The notes: generated by a model not told the origin, from the sequence alone. A DNA stretch of 64,000 nucleotides from Tetramitus jugosus (GCA_937625935.1 OW569372.1:310001-374000); one strand, 5' to 3'. Counted from the stretch's first letter, positions 1 to 10,465 are shown. Translations and numbers: made by a program.

Positions 1-1
1 G

Positions 2-721
2 GATGTGCAAAGAAACATGCACAAGATTATTGAATTTGCTCAGTCGATTGTGGATGCAGTGTTGGAGTCTGAGCATTTGCTCCCACCAATCTTCTTCACT
101 CTGATTCACCACTTGAGAAAGAGTACCGAGGAAAAGTTTTCACAAGATGAGAATGTTGGATTCATTGCGACATCTGGACTATTATTCCTGAGATTCATCT
201 GCCCAGCTTTGCTGTCCCCTCAATTATATGGTCTGCCCTCTACAAATGGTAACAACAATGTACAACGAAACTTGCTAATGATCTCAAAGATCATCCAACA
301 GTTGGCCAATAATCTGCAATTTGGTGAAAAGGAATCATTTATGGTTCCTGCCAATTCATTCATTGAGGAGAACACTCCACGATTGTCATTCTTCTTTGAT
401 TCGATCAATGTTGAGTATGACGTGCCACTACCAACAGAGCCATTGCCAGACGACAAGTTGTTATTCTCGTTGTTTTCTGTGCATGAATTGTTCCATAAGA
501 ACATTGATGCGCTGAGAGCAAAGATGATGGATACCAGTGAAACAGCAGACAGTACTCTACTCAAGCACTTCCACTTTACCACGGATTCAGAGTTTGATCT
601 CAATCAGTCAAAGAACGCTCTGTTTGGATTGGTGAACATTGTTGTCGATCTAGGAGCTCCTCCTCAGGTTTCTCTCTCAGCCAGAAAGCGTATCAAGTCA
701 TCCTTTACTCAAAACAAATAA
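2..721 (+). CDS. RasGAP domain protein, C-terminal part (5' end lies outside the window)
   Basis: RasGAP signature 'LLFLRFICPALLSP' followed by 'RNLLMISKIIQQLANNLQFGEKESFM'; frame is open to the window edge. Confidence 0.9.
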   Translation, partial: DVQRNMHKIIEFAQSIVDAVLESEHLLPPIFFTLIHHLRKSTEEKFSQDENVGFIATSGLLFLRFICPALLSPQLYGLPSTNGNNNVQRNLLMISKIIQQLANNLQFGEKESFMVPANSFIEENTPRLSFFFDSINVEYDVPLPTEPLPDDKLLFSLFSVHELFHKNIDALRAKMMDTSETADSTLLKHFHFTTDSEFDLNQSKNALFGLVNIVVDLGAPPQVSLSARKRIKSSFTQNK

Positions 722-770
722 AACTTGTAAAACATTATCCTGATCAGTCGCCACCAAAAAAACAAACACA

Positions 771-1235
771 ATGGATCGTCTGCCTTTCTCAGTTCTTCCC
801 TTGGGCTTCATACTCGGTTTGATCCACACAGATCTGGTCTATGAATGTGTGCATCCAGCGCAAGATGCACACGAGTATTACAGAGTTTACTTTCATCAAG
901 TTCCTTCACTTTGCCAGGCTCTCGTTCCCTTGTCTGGTGTTCTGTTGTTGAGTGATTCTGCGAGACGTCTCTTCAAGTTTGGCGTGAGAAACAAGGTGGA
1001 AGTATTGAGCGCTCTTTTGTTAGTATTCTCTTTGGCCTGCTTCAGCTTGTTCTGTGATCCGGCAAAGTTGGCACTCATTGCATTGGATCCTGATCTCCCC
1101 TCAAATCAATCGGCCATGAAGGATCTAGTTGCTCAAATTGCTACCTGGCACCAGATATTGGCTGTCGTGCTCACGACTTCAACTCTCTTACAATGGCTCA
1201 ACAATTGTCGTTCCAGTCACCTAAAGAATGACTAG
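771..1235 (+). CDS. Small 4-TM membrane protein, possibly Shr3-like ER membrane chaperone
   Basis: ACAATG start; four hydrophobic segments; pattern GFILG..DLVYE / AHEYY / IATWHQILAVV..LLQ resembles fungal Shr3 as I recall it. Confidence 0.55.
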   Translation: MDRLPFSVLPLGFILGLIHTDLVYECVHPAQDAHEYYRVYFHQVPSLCQALVPLSGVLLLSDSARRLFKFGVRNKVEVLSALLLVFSLACFSLFCDPAKLALIALDPDLPSNQSAMKDLVAQIATWHQILAVVLTTSTLLQWLNNCRSSHLKND

Positions 1236-1278
1236 ATATCGAATGTCACTGCATGATTCTCTACAATACAATCAACTT

Positions 1279-2991
1279 TTATTTCAAAAACACTTTGATA
1301 CTGGCAATAAGCAGCTTGAGGTCGCTTGGTGAGTCCCCGTTTACCATACGGTCAAATGGATAGTCCAACTCCTTCATCAAAGAGATTGCATTCGCATTGC
1401 CCTTGCAAATTCGATACACGGTCGTCAGCATTCTCTGCTTAATTTCGTTGGATGCTTCTCCTGCACAAAACTCACCCATGCTGCACAGCAACTGAGTCTC
1501 TTCGTCGTTGCCATCCTTTGAGGTGTATAGACTCAAATTACTTGCCAAGCTAGCAGCAGTGAGTCTGAGGGCCTCCAATTTACTAGTCAACGATGATGTG
1601 ATAATATCAACTAACTTTGAAAATTTTTCAGAGCTGGTGAGCAATTTGACAGACTGTGGAACGAATCCACTATCAAATGTTGCGGGAAACATGTTACAAT
1701 ACATTCGAAGAACCATCAATTGTGTTGGCATGGACAAATCAGCCCAATTCTCAAGGTACTTGTTCCCAACAATTTCAATCAAATTCAAATCACTGTTCAA
1801 CAAGAATCGATCAACAATAGCAGAAGTTTGGACAAGAAGTCTCACTAGATCCAAAACAGGAAAAACACTCTTCTCTGGAAGTTCATCAATCATTCGCTTC
1901 AAGAGCTTGATTGTGTCTTCAGAGATCAGATTGTAATTCTTGGTGGTGGTTGATGCCAGAAATTGCTGTAAATTGCTCAGTTGTACCTCTTCTTGCACTC
2001 CCAATTGGAATTGATGTTCGGACAAGATGGATCTCAATTTTGTCATGACTTGCGCCACATTTGCCTTTTCATATCGAATAATGGATTGACTGTCTTTAAA
2101 TTCAGTGGGAGCAGGTGGTTGCACTCTTGTGGGTGTTGGTGCATTGTTATTTTGGTTCATTTGATTCATCATTCCCTGCATTGAGTTTTGACCTCTCATT
2201 TGATTCATCATGTTCATCATATTCTGAGGACCACCCATCTGATTCATCATTCCCTGAAGATCCATACCGTTCAATCCATACTGAGACATTGCATTTTGAA
2301 CCATTGGATTGTTCATTGCTTCTTGCATCATTTGGGGATTGTTCATCATTTGCATGGCTCGACTTGCCATATCATCATTCATACCACCCATACCACCAAA
2401 TGCATCACCACCTCCACCAAACGCACCACCACCTCCACCGCCAAATGCATTTCCACCACCACTACCCATTCCACCACCCATACTACCCATACCACCACTT
2501 CCCATTCCACCAGCACCAGTCATTGGATGATCACTTCCACCCATCATTGAATCAACCATTGGTCGAATCATTCTTCCCATGTCTGTCTGGAAAAACTCCA
2601 TTGGCAAGCTCTTGATATTATCTGGAATGCCACTGCCACCCAACAGGAACTTTGCTGCCTCATCCGTAAAATTATTACAATTGTTCTCAAACAAGTGATA
2701 TCGATCAGGTCGGAACTTGTTTCGCGATAATTCGTGAACAAATTGATCGAAAATGTCCTTGTCGAGACTCGTGGAACCAAGTTCAATTTTCTTGACTGGT
2801 GTGCCATATGGTGTCATACCAGGTGCCATTCTCTGTATACCTCCACCGAAAAAGTACTCTGTGTGATAGACGACGATACCAGTGTGCCAAATGCCTTCAA
2901 AGTGTTTGCCAACCATGCCCATGGATAGTTGACTGGCGAGACCCATGCTCAAATCATAGATGTACAATGTAACTTTTTTGAAATCGGACAT
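1279..2991 (-). CDS. PPPDE/DeSI isopeptidase with Gly/Met/Asn-rich linker and C-terminal PUL-like ARM domain
   Basis: LYIYDLS, HTGIVVY, EYFFG and YHLFENNCNNF (His/Cys dyad); C-terminal 'FPVLDLVRLL...LMVLRMYCNMF' is PUL-like. Confidence 0.9.
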   Translation of the reverse strand: MSDFKKVTLYIYDLSMGLASQLSMGMVGKHFEGIWHTGIVVYHTEYFFGGGIQRMAPGMTPYGTPVKKIELGSTSLDKDIFDQFVHELSRNKFRPDRYHLFENNCNNFTDEAAKFLLGGSGIPDNIKSLPMEFFQTDMGRMIRPMVDSMMGGSDHPMTGAGGMGSGGMGSMGGGMGSGGGNAFGGGGGGAFGGGGDAFGGMGGMNDDMASRAMQMMNNPQMMQEAMNNPMVQNAMSQYGLNGMDLQGMMNQMGGPQNMMNMMNQMRGQNSMQGMMNQMNQNNNAPTPTRVQPPAPTEFKDSQSIIRYEKANVAQVMTKLRSILSEHQFQLGVQEEVQLSNLQQFLASTTTKNYNLISEDTIKLLKRMIDELPEKSVFPVLDLVRLLVQTSAIVDRFLLNSDLNLIEIVGNKYLENWADLSMPTQLMVLRMYCNMFPATFDSGFVPQSVKLLTSSEKFSKLVDIITSSLTSKLEALRLTAASLASNLSLYTSKDGNDEETQLLCSMGEFCAGEASNEIKQRMLTTVYRICKGNANAISLMKELDYPFDRMVNGDSPSDLKLLIASIKVFLK

Positions 2992-3108
2992 GATGATGAC
3001 TTTCGCTGTTTGTTGTTTTTGTTGCTTTCGTGTGTGGTTGTTGAATCAAGAGAACCTCAAAGATAAAATTAGAACCACTTTCCATCCGACAAACAAGAGA
3101 GAAAAAAC

Positions 3109-3945
3109 ATGACAGTCAAGATCATTATTACGGGAGCTTCGAGAGGCATTGGTCGCTCCATTGCGCAGCAAATGAGCTCAATTGCTCATCAGCGACTACA
3201 CAAGAGAACTGAACCATTTCACATGTTGCTCACTGCGACAAAGCAAGATCAATTAGAGCAAGTCCAAAAGCTATGCACAAATGATCAATGTTCCATTTCA
3301 TTGATCTCTGGTGATATCACAGAAGAGAGCACAATGAATCAGATTGATCAATTTGTGACTGATGAGTGGAAGGGTGAGATTGATGTGTTGATCCACAATG
3401 CAGGCATCATTGATCCCATTTGTAAGATTTCTAGCTTACAGGACGATCCATCAACGAGTGAATCCATGATGAAAGCTTTCTCTCGTAACATGCAAGTCAA
3501 TTTCCTGAGTGTTGTTCAATTGACGAGCAAGTTGTTGCCTCATTTGAGAAAAGCAAGAGGAAACGTGTTTTTTGTCTCTTCTGGTGCAGCAACGAGAGCA
3601 ATCGATGGTTGGTCTGCCTACTGTTGTTCCAAGTCAGCTCTATTGCGATTCGCTGAAGGCTTGGCTTTGGAAGAACTAGCGAATATCAAGGTGTTATCAG
3701 TGAGACCTGGTGTCGTTGATACCGATATGCAAAAGGACATTCGAGAGAGAGGTGAGAACAAGATGAAGGACTATGACTTCTTCAAGGGCTTGCACCAAGA
3801 TCAGAAGCTATTGGATCCAGAGCTCGTTTCTCGCAGAATCTGTCCCTTGGCACTCGACATTCCATCCGAATGGAATGGTGAACTGGTCAATCAGGACGAT
3901 GAAAAAGTCATCCAACACGCCAACCAATTCTACAACACTAAGTAA
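3109..3945 (+). CDS. Short-chain dehydrogenase/reductase (sepiapterin/benzil reductase-like)
   Basis: TGASRGIG, HNAG, SSGAA, YCCSK (YxxxK), RPGVVDTDMQ. Confidence 0.92.
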   Translation: MTVKIIITGASRGIGRSIAQQMSSIAHQRLHKRTEPFHMLLTATKQDQLEQVQKLCTNDQCSISLISGDITEESTMNQIDQFVTDEWKGEIDVLIHNAGIIDPICKISSLQDDPSTSESMMKAFSRNMQVNFLSVVQLTSKLLPHLRKARGNVFFVSSGAATRAIDGWSAYCCSKSALLRFAEGLALEELANIKVLSVRPGVVDTDMQKDIRERGENKMKDYDFFKGLHQDQKLLDPELVSRRICPLALDIPSEWNGELVNQDDEKVIQHANQFYNTK

Positions 3946-4083
3946 CCTCCTTCCATAACCAACCCCAATACAACCCTCAACTCTTTTCTCCGACTGGTCA
4001 ATGAAATTCTTGAACAAACATTTTTTTCCACACGACGACACAACATCAAACACACCAACAAACGACGGAATCAAATAAGAAGA

Positions 4084-5697
4084 ATGTTCATTGGAAAGAA
4101 AACCCACAGTCAACAACAACAACAACCAAGTAGCGAAAGCACTTCATCCCTACCAGTCGCAACAGGCAAACACAAGAAATTTTTCAACAACAACAAAAAC
4201 AATGCCCCAACAAGCACAACTTTATTGTTGTCCAACGTCATTTCATCATCATCCAATGACCTCAACACTACTACCACTTCAAACAACAACAACAATAAAA
4301 AATCAAGCAACAGTGCTACATCAGGTGTAGAGCTCAATGCCATGTACATTAGCACACACTGTACTGAACCAAGTTTTGATCAAATCAAAAAACTCAAACT
4401 GTCGAATCATGGCATCACCTATTGCGAAGACTTGAGTTTTCTCCAATTTGTCCAACGTATCGAACTCGATAACAACCAACTGAGCAGCATTGATTTCATG
4501 AGAGACAACAATGATGCAAACTATGTCAATGTGTCTCACAATCAAATATCTGATCTCACTCCACTCAAGAATATGAAACTCCAAGTGTTGAACGCGTCGC
4601 ACAATCAACTCGAATCTCTCTCGTCTGAATGCTTCAAGAGCAGTGTCAATTCATTGAAGGCACTCATTGTGTCCAACAATCAATTATCGTCTCTGCCTGA
4701 TTTGAAGTTTGTGGACCTCAATACACTGGTCATTAGTCACAATGAGATTAAGAATATTGATGTGATTGCAAAGTGTGAACAATTGAAGAAGATTTCTGCG
4801 TCAAACAATCAAATTCGATTGTTGCCAGAGGGTATCAAGAGATGTGTGGCACTAGAAGAGTTGCGATTATCACACAACAAGCTCGTCTCGTTGCCCAACG
4901 CCATTAGCAACAATGTCAACTTGAAGATTGTCAACTTGAGTCACAATATGCTCACATCGTTTGAGGATATCAAGAAATTGAGCATGTGTAAGCGATTGAG
5001 AGATTTGACATTGGCTGATAATCCAATTGCGAAGAAGGAGGACTACAAGGAACAAATTTTGAACATTTTGCCACAGTTGGAGTTGTTGGATGGTGAGTTG
5101 ATTCGTCCTGGGTTGAATCCAAAGCGAGCCAAGAAGATTAATGACCGAAAAACGAAAAAGGAGTATGAGAGATCAAACGAGGAGAATGCTGAAGAGGAGC
5201 GACCAGCTCAAACCAAGTCAAAGAGTGTTGCATCCAATTCAACAAGGAAGAATGATGCCGCAGCGAAAGCAGAGCCAAAGAAACGGAAGACGGAGCAACC
5301 AGCAGAGCAACCAAAACCCAAGAAAATCAAGTTCGACACCTCTGTTAAAAAAGAACAATCTAACGAGAAGAAAGAAGACAATATTGAGAAAGATGAGGAG
5401 CCAGAGTTCATTGTTGAGAGATTTATTGATATCGAGAGGGAGAAGAAGCTTGCAGAAAAGATGGAACAAGAGAGATTGAAGATTGCCCAAGAGATGGAAA
5501 TTGTGAATGTAAAGGAATTGAACGAACAGAAACGACTGTTAAAAGAGAAGAATGGAGGATATGCCGAGAGTGATGACAAGTTCTCTGGTGTGACAAAGGT
5601 CATAACAAAACAAAAGAAAAAGAATCAGAAGGCCGATGTGTTGGACTTCTTACTGACAAACAACGAAGATGATGAAGAAGTTTCTGGTTGGGATTAA
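4084..5697 (+). CDS. Leucine-rich repeat protein (SDS22-type LRRs + LRRcap) with charged C-terminal tail
   Basis: Repeated LxxLxLSxNxL; 'LTLADNPI...Y...LPQLELLDG' LRRcap; K/E-rich tail. Confidence 0.85.
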   Translation: MFIGKKTHSQQQQQPSSESTSSLPVATGKHKKFFNNNKNNAPTSTTLLLSNVISSSSNDLNTTTTSNNNNNKKSSNSATSGVELNAMYISTHCTEPSFDQIKKLKLSNHGITYCEDLSFLQFVQRIELDNNQLSSIDFMRDNNDANYVNVSHNQISDLTPLKNMKLQVLNASHNQLESLSSECFKSSVNSLKALIVSNNQLSSLPDLKFVDLNTLVISHNEIKNIDVIAKCEQLKKISASNNQIRLLPEGIKRCVALEELRLSHNKLVSLPNAISNNVNLKIVNLSHNMLTSFEDIKKLSMCKRLRDLTLADNPIAKKEDYKEQILNILPQLELLDGELIRPGLNPKRAKKINDRKTKKEYERSNEENAEEERPAQTKSKSVASNSTRKNDAAAKAEPKKRKTEQPAEQPKPKKIKFDTSVKKEQSNEKKEDNIEKDEEPEFIVERFIDIEREKKLAEKMEQERLKIAQEMEIVNVKELNEQKRLLKEKNGGYAESDDKFSGVTKVITKQKKKNQKADVLDFLLTNNEDDEEVSGWD

Positions 5698-5703
5698 ATT
5701 GCT

Positions 5704-7554
5704 TTATTTTTTAGATGTTACTTTGTTTTCGTATTGTTCAAGATGTTTCAACCATGCTCGTTGCTTCTTAATATTTTCTTTAAGTTGTTTGATCATATGT
5801 GGTGTAGCCTCATCCCTCAACTTAGTAGCCGAAATCATTAAGAAGTTTCCTCTTCGTCCTGTGCTTCGAGCTCTTTGTTTCTCTGGTTTTCTACTATCCT
5901 TTGCTTGATGATGTACACTCTCTTCTCTCCCTTTGTTGATCTCCTTCTTCTCGGGCGTTTTTCTTCCGTGATGTGAAGGAGCTGATCTCGGTCGTGCAAC
6001 TTCTGTAGATTGGCTTCTCCGCGAATGTCTCCTCAGAGACTCCAATGCAATGAACACTCTCCGTTCTAATGACTTTTTCTGAACCCTCCGTAGTATTCTC
6101 ACAGCCCTTCTACATCTCGATCTTAAATCAGCTATCTCATGCCAACTTCGCAATACCTTCCTCATCACTACTTTCATGTAGTGTACCTTCGCTCTCAAAC
6201 TCTTGGCCGCTTCTGCCTGCACCTTTCGCTTCATACTACTCTTCTTATTCTGTCGAAAACTGTCCAAAACTTTCCTCTTTAACTTGTTTTGGTACATCAA
6301 AACTGCTTGTTGTTTAATTCTTTTCCTCAACTCAGCTTTTTGGTTGTCATGGTGAATGACCATTTTATTCCATCTCCTCTCAACTCTCTCCTTCTCGAAG
6401 AAAGTATCCTTGGAATCTGATAAAGCAACTGTATCATCGGATGCCAATGAATCGGCATGACTCTCGACTAACTCCTCTCTATACTCCTCTTGCTTATGTA
6501 ACTCGATTGCTAACTCTTTCAAAATGTTATACAAAATCTCAATGAATAAGGGATCGTGAGGAAAGATAGCAAAATATTTCTCCTGCTCGAGATATGAAAT
6601 TTTGTATCCTTGTCGCTTTTCGTAATGTTTCCTTATTTTGTCCATTATTGTTCTTCCTAAGTTTTCCATTGTACTCTCGTATTCATTGCCCATCTTCTCA
6701 ACTACAATCTTCATGCAATCTTCAAATGATTCTCTATAGAACATACGATTAATGGTGTCGATCAACCGAGCGACGGTCCACTTCAATTGTGTTCCATTTT
6801 CTGGATTCGGAATACATTGAACACACTTTATCCAGGAAGTATACTGGGTTGTGTGTATATCAAGAGAACTACAATCATAATCTCTTACCTCCATCTCTCT
6901 CCTCTTTTGAATTAATTTCACTCGCATGAGCAATTTGGAGTTCTCTCGGTGAAGTCGCTCACAACATTGCGCAAGTGTATAACACATATTCAGATATGTT
7001 TTCCTCAACTTTACTATCCTCTCTAAAGTACTCGTTTCAGAAATTTCGGTCGTCCAATGAAAAATAGATTCTTATTCATTAAAATCACATACCTACTGAA
7101 TCCCTTTCTGTCTGAGTGATGATCTTACCATCGAGAACTTTCAGCTTGGAAAGTAATTCGAGAACCATAATCCGATAATTAGGGTGCATTGATATTGGAT
7201 TTCCAATGAGTGAGAGTGATTGCAAAAACTGTGTATGGATGTTGTGTAGCTGTTTGACATCTTCAATCTGGATGGATGGTCAGCAAAATTGAGATGGAGA
7301 GGTCGTCGATCTTTCTTACATACAAGGTTATATGACAACGAAAGGGTTGTTAACTTTTTAAATTGGTATAATCCATGGAGAGATTTAATTTTGTTGCTAC
7401 TCAAGTAGAGAGTATCAATATTCTGATAGATCAATGGAACTCTATCAATTATGTCGATATCTTTAAAGTTGAGAGCAATTTTCTTCTGATCAGCATGAAT
7501 GCTTGATTGAAGAACACTAGAGAGGGTAATAACCTGTTCATTATGAGGTTTCAT
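5704..7554 (-). CDS. LRR + coiled-coil protein, 3 exons (7554-7324, 7267-7093, 7022-5704)
   Basis: Removing introns 7268-7323 and 7023-7092 (GTATGT...AG) joins two ORFs into SYNL|IEDVKQL..LIGNPI..NYR..LKVLDG..DSV|ERIVKLRKTYL, restoring the LRRcap. Confidence 0.8.
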
Positions 7555-7658
7555 GGGGAACTTTGGTTAGTCAAAATAAATTTGCCGAAAAAAACCGTTT
7601 CTCCGTAAATCTATAAATAGTTACTACTTCTAATGCTAAAATTCAAAGACTGATATCT

Positions 7659-7755
7659 TCCCATATAGTCTAGCTGGTTAGGATATCCGGCTTTCACTTC
7701 CAAGCTGAAATGCAAACGTCCCCGGAAGACCCGGGTTCGAGTCCCGGTATGGGAG
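7659..7755 (+). tRNA. tRNA-Glu(TTC) with ~24-nt intron (7697-7720) at canonical position 37/38
   Basis: Acceptor stem TCCCATA/TATGGGA; D-arm TAGTCTAGCTGGTTAGGA; anticodon stem TCCGG/CCGGA with loop CT-TTC-A|intron|C; T-arm CCGGGTTCGAGTCCCGG; downstream T-run (Pol III terminator). Confidence 0.93.
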
Positions 7756-7814
7756 AAGTTTTTGTTATGGCTGGATACAACAATGGTATGGCTGATAGAG
7801 TTACATTTATTGTC

Positions 7815-8468
7815 TTATGGCTTTTCGAACTTCTCTAGGAATTGAGCTGGACCAACAATTTCTTGGACATTTGAGTTAGAGTACAATCTGTTGAGGTAAG
7901 CAATAGTCTTTGGGTATGGCTTTCTCCATTCGGCATCCAAAGCCAACTTCAATGGATTGAGAACAGTGGCACCCAAAACGATATCAGCCAAAGTGATTCT
8001 GTCACCCAACAAGAAGTCCTTGGACAAGAATTTCTCGAGAACAGCAAAGGTCTTGGCAATGGCATCGCTGGAGTTCTTGAACTTGGTCTCATCGAATGTA
8101 CCATATCCAAACTTGAATCCGTACAAAGCAAAGACATGAGGCAAAATTTCATTAGACACAGCATCGATCCATTGATCAACTCTTGCTTGCTCAATTGGAG
8201 TAGCACCCAAGAGACCCTCAGTATCATTTCCGATTCTGGCAATGTATCTGGCAATAGCAAGACTCTCAAAGATACCTTGACCGTCAACAGTCTTCAAAGT
8301 AGGGACCTTTCCGAATGGATTCAAGGACAAGAATTCTTCAGTTTTGTTGGTCACACCGAATTGGAAATCTTGGCTCTCTTCAATGTTGGTAACACCACCG
8401 AACTTTCCGGCGATCTTGGCAATAGCAACACGTGGGTTGTGTGGATAGGTGTAGATAAAGTTGGACAT
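7815..8468 (-). CDS. Glutathione S-transferase, eEF1B-gamma N-terminal type (stand-alone)
   Basis: NPRV..AKIA, EFLSLNPFGKVPTL, IFESLAIARYIA, QARVDQW, FLLGDRITLADI; likely start MSNFIY at 8468; strongly biased codons. Confidence 0.88.
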   Translation of the reverse strand: MSNFIYTYPHNPRVAIAKIAGKFGGVTNIEESQDFQFGVTNKTEEFLSLNPFGKVPTLKTVDGQGIFESLAIARYIARIGNDTEGLLGATPIEQARVDQWIDAVSNEILPHVFALYGFKFGYGTFDETKFKNSSDAIAKTFAVLEKFLSKDFLLGDRITLADIVLGATVLNPLKLALDAEWRKPYPKTIAYLNRLYSNSNVQEIVGPAQFLEKFEKP

Positions 8469-8554
8469 GGTTAATGGGTATGATTGATTGGGTAGTAGTA
8501 CTATCTGATTTACTTTGTTGTAGTGTTGGATCTGGAAAAGCGAAATCTCTGTGC

Positions 8555-8562
8555 TTTTTATA
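8555..8562 (-). promoter_or_regulatory. Putative TATA box of the GST gene
   Basis: TATAAAAA on the minus strand, ~90 nt upstream of the GST ATG. Confidence 0.45.
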
Positions 8563-8723
8563 GGCCCGTCGGGTTCTGATCGATGTCTGTGCGTACAATT
8601 GCGCACTATTGGAAGTTTCTGATATTGTTGTAAAGTCTACTCCTGACAGGAAGTTTGAGTTTTTGGCCGACCAAAACTCTTGAACAATCCCGCGAGAACT
8701 CACCAGGCAAAAATCGTAGCTTG

Positions 8724-8746
8724 CCAATCAATACTGTGACGTCACA
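8724..8746. promoter_or_regulatory. CCAAT box plus palindromic CRE/ATF-like site in the GST/IDH divergent promoter
   Basis: CCAAT at 8724 and perfect 12-bp palindrome TGTGACGTCACA at 8735-8746. Confidence 0.4.
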
Positions 8747-8905
8747 TTCTTCGGGTTCGGGTTGTAGTTGATCGTTTGCGGGTAAAAATGATTGATTCTA
8801 TTGTTGGTGCCCGCTAATATTTTCCGGTTACAAAAATTTTGATTGTCACCCAAACAATCTTCCCATCAACGCATTGGACTACTTTTTTCCAACCAACTTT
8901 AACTT

Positions 8906-10327
8906 ATGCTCTCTTCCACCTTCACCAAACGAATTCAAAGCAGCAACAACAGGTCTATTGCCAAGCAACTTGCCCAGTCATCCATTAGAACTCCAGTCGT
9001 TTCTGCCGTAAACACCAACACCAGCATTAATCGTTTCTCTTTCTCTCAAAAGCAACAACTATTTTTGTTCCACACAACCTTTAACAACATGCAAAAGATC
9101 AAAGTTGAAAACCCAGTTGTCGAATTGGACGGTGATGAAATGACCAGAATTATCTGGCAAATCATCAAGGACCAATTGATTCTTCCATACCTCGATATCG
9201 ATATCAAGTACTATGATCTCGGATTGGAGTACAGAGACCAAACCAACGATCAAGTCACCATTGATGCTGCTGAAGCCATCAAGAAGTACAATGTTGGTAT
9301 CAAGTGTGCTACCATTACTCCTGATGAGGCTCGTGTCGAAGAGTTCAAGCTAAAGAAGATGTGGAAGTCTCCAAACGGTACTATTCGTAACATTCTCGGT
9401 GGTACTGTTTTCCGTGAGCCAATCGTTATCTCTAACATTCCAAGATTGGTTCCTGGATGGACAAAGCCAATCGTGATTGGTCGTCACGCTCACGCTGACC
9501 AATACCGTGCCACTGACTTTGTTGTTCCTGGCGCAGGTAAGTTGGAGTTGAAGTTTACTCCAGCTGACGGTGGTGAGGAGAAGGTTTTCACTGTTAATGA
9601 ATTCTCTGGTGCCGGTGTTGCTATGGGCATGTACAACACTGATGAATCTATCATTGGTTTCGCTCACAGTTGCTTCAACTATGCTCTGCAAAAGAAGTGG
9701 CCATTGTACTTGTCTACCAAGAACACCATCTTGAAGGCTTACGACGGAAGATTCAAGGACATTTTCCAAGAAATTTACGAACGTGACTACAGGCAAAAGT
9801 TTGAGGATTTGAAGATTTGGTACGAACACAGATTGATTGATGACCAAGTGGCTCAAGCATTGAAGTCTGAGGGTGGATTCGTCTGGGCTTGCAAGAACTA
9901 CGATGGTGATGTTCAATCTGATATCGTTGCTCAAGGTTTTGGTAGCTTGGGTCTCATGACCTCTGTCTTGGTTACCCCTGACGGAAAGACTGTTGAGTCT
10001 GAAGCTGCTCACGGTACTGTCACTAGACATTACAGAGAGCACCAAAAGGGACGTGAAACCTCCACTAACCCTGTTGCTTCCATTTATGCATGGACCGGTG
10101 GTTTGAGACACAGAGCTAAGCTCGATAACAATGACAAGTTGGAGTTCTTCTGCGACACCTTGGAAAGGTCCGTCATTGAGACTATTGAGTCCGGAAAGAT
10201 GACCAAGGATTTGTCTTTGTGCATCCACGGTGCCAACATGAAGAGAGAGCACTGGTTGTCCACCAAGGACTTCTTGAATGCTATTGAGGAGACCCTGAAG
10301 AAGAACATGCAATTGTCCAAGTTGTAA
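8906..10327 (+). CDS. IDH: NADP-dependent isocitrate dehydrogenase with N-terminal presequence and C-terminal SKL
   Basis: [60 protein letters not shown]; ends QLSKL*. Confidence 0.97.
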   Translation: MLSSTFTKRIQSSNNRSIAKQLAQSSIRTPVVSAVNTNTSINRFSFSQKQQLFLFHTTFNNMQKIKVENPVVELDGDEMTRIIWQIIKDQLILPYLDIDIKYYDLGLEYRDQTNDQVTIDAAEAIKKYNVGIKCATITPDEARVEEFKLKKMWKSPNGTIRNILGGTVFREPIVISNIPRLVPGWTKPIVIGRHAHADQYRATDFVVPGAGKLELKFTPADGGEEKVFTVNEFSGAGVAMGMYNTDESIIGFAHSCFNYALQKKWPLYLSTKNTILKAYDGRFKDIFQEIYERDYRQKFEDLKIWYEHRLIDDQVAQALKSEGGFVWACKNYDGDVQSDIVAQGFGSLGLMTSVLVTPDGKTVESEAAHGTVTRHYREHQKGRETSTNPVASIYAWTGGLRHRAKLDNNDKLEFFCDTLERSVIETIESGKMTKDLSLCIHGANMKREHWLSTKDFLNAIEETLKKNMQLSKL

Positions 10328-10465
10328 ATTCATTGCTCTGATAAAAACTCGTTAATCTTTGTACAAAGTCGTTCTTCTGTGTATTCGCACCTTCCAACAC
10401 CATTTTCGGGTTTTTGCTTTTGATTCGGTCGGACAATAATCAGCAACAAAACAATCAAAGAAAAC

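Noticed and set aside
2115-2615. His/Pro-rich antisense ORFs and repeat-like GGTGGT tracts
   Set aside because: Shadows of the Gly/Met-rich linker of the PPPDE protein
8469-8606. Extended N-terminus of the GST ORF (similar extensions on METTL6, PAC3, UCH37, the 2OG oxygenase and the secreted hydrolase)
   Set aside because: Alternative-start artefacts; homology begins at downstream ATGs and the extensions cover promoter/UTR sequence
9350-10333. 327-aa antisense ORF opposite IDH
   Set aside because: Expected shadow of strong codon bias in a highly expressed gene; no protein-like motifs
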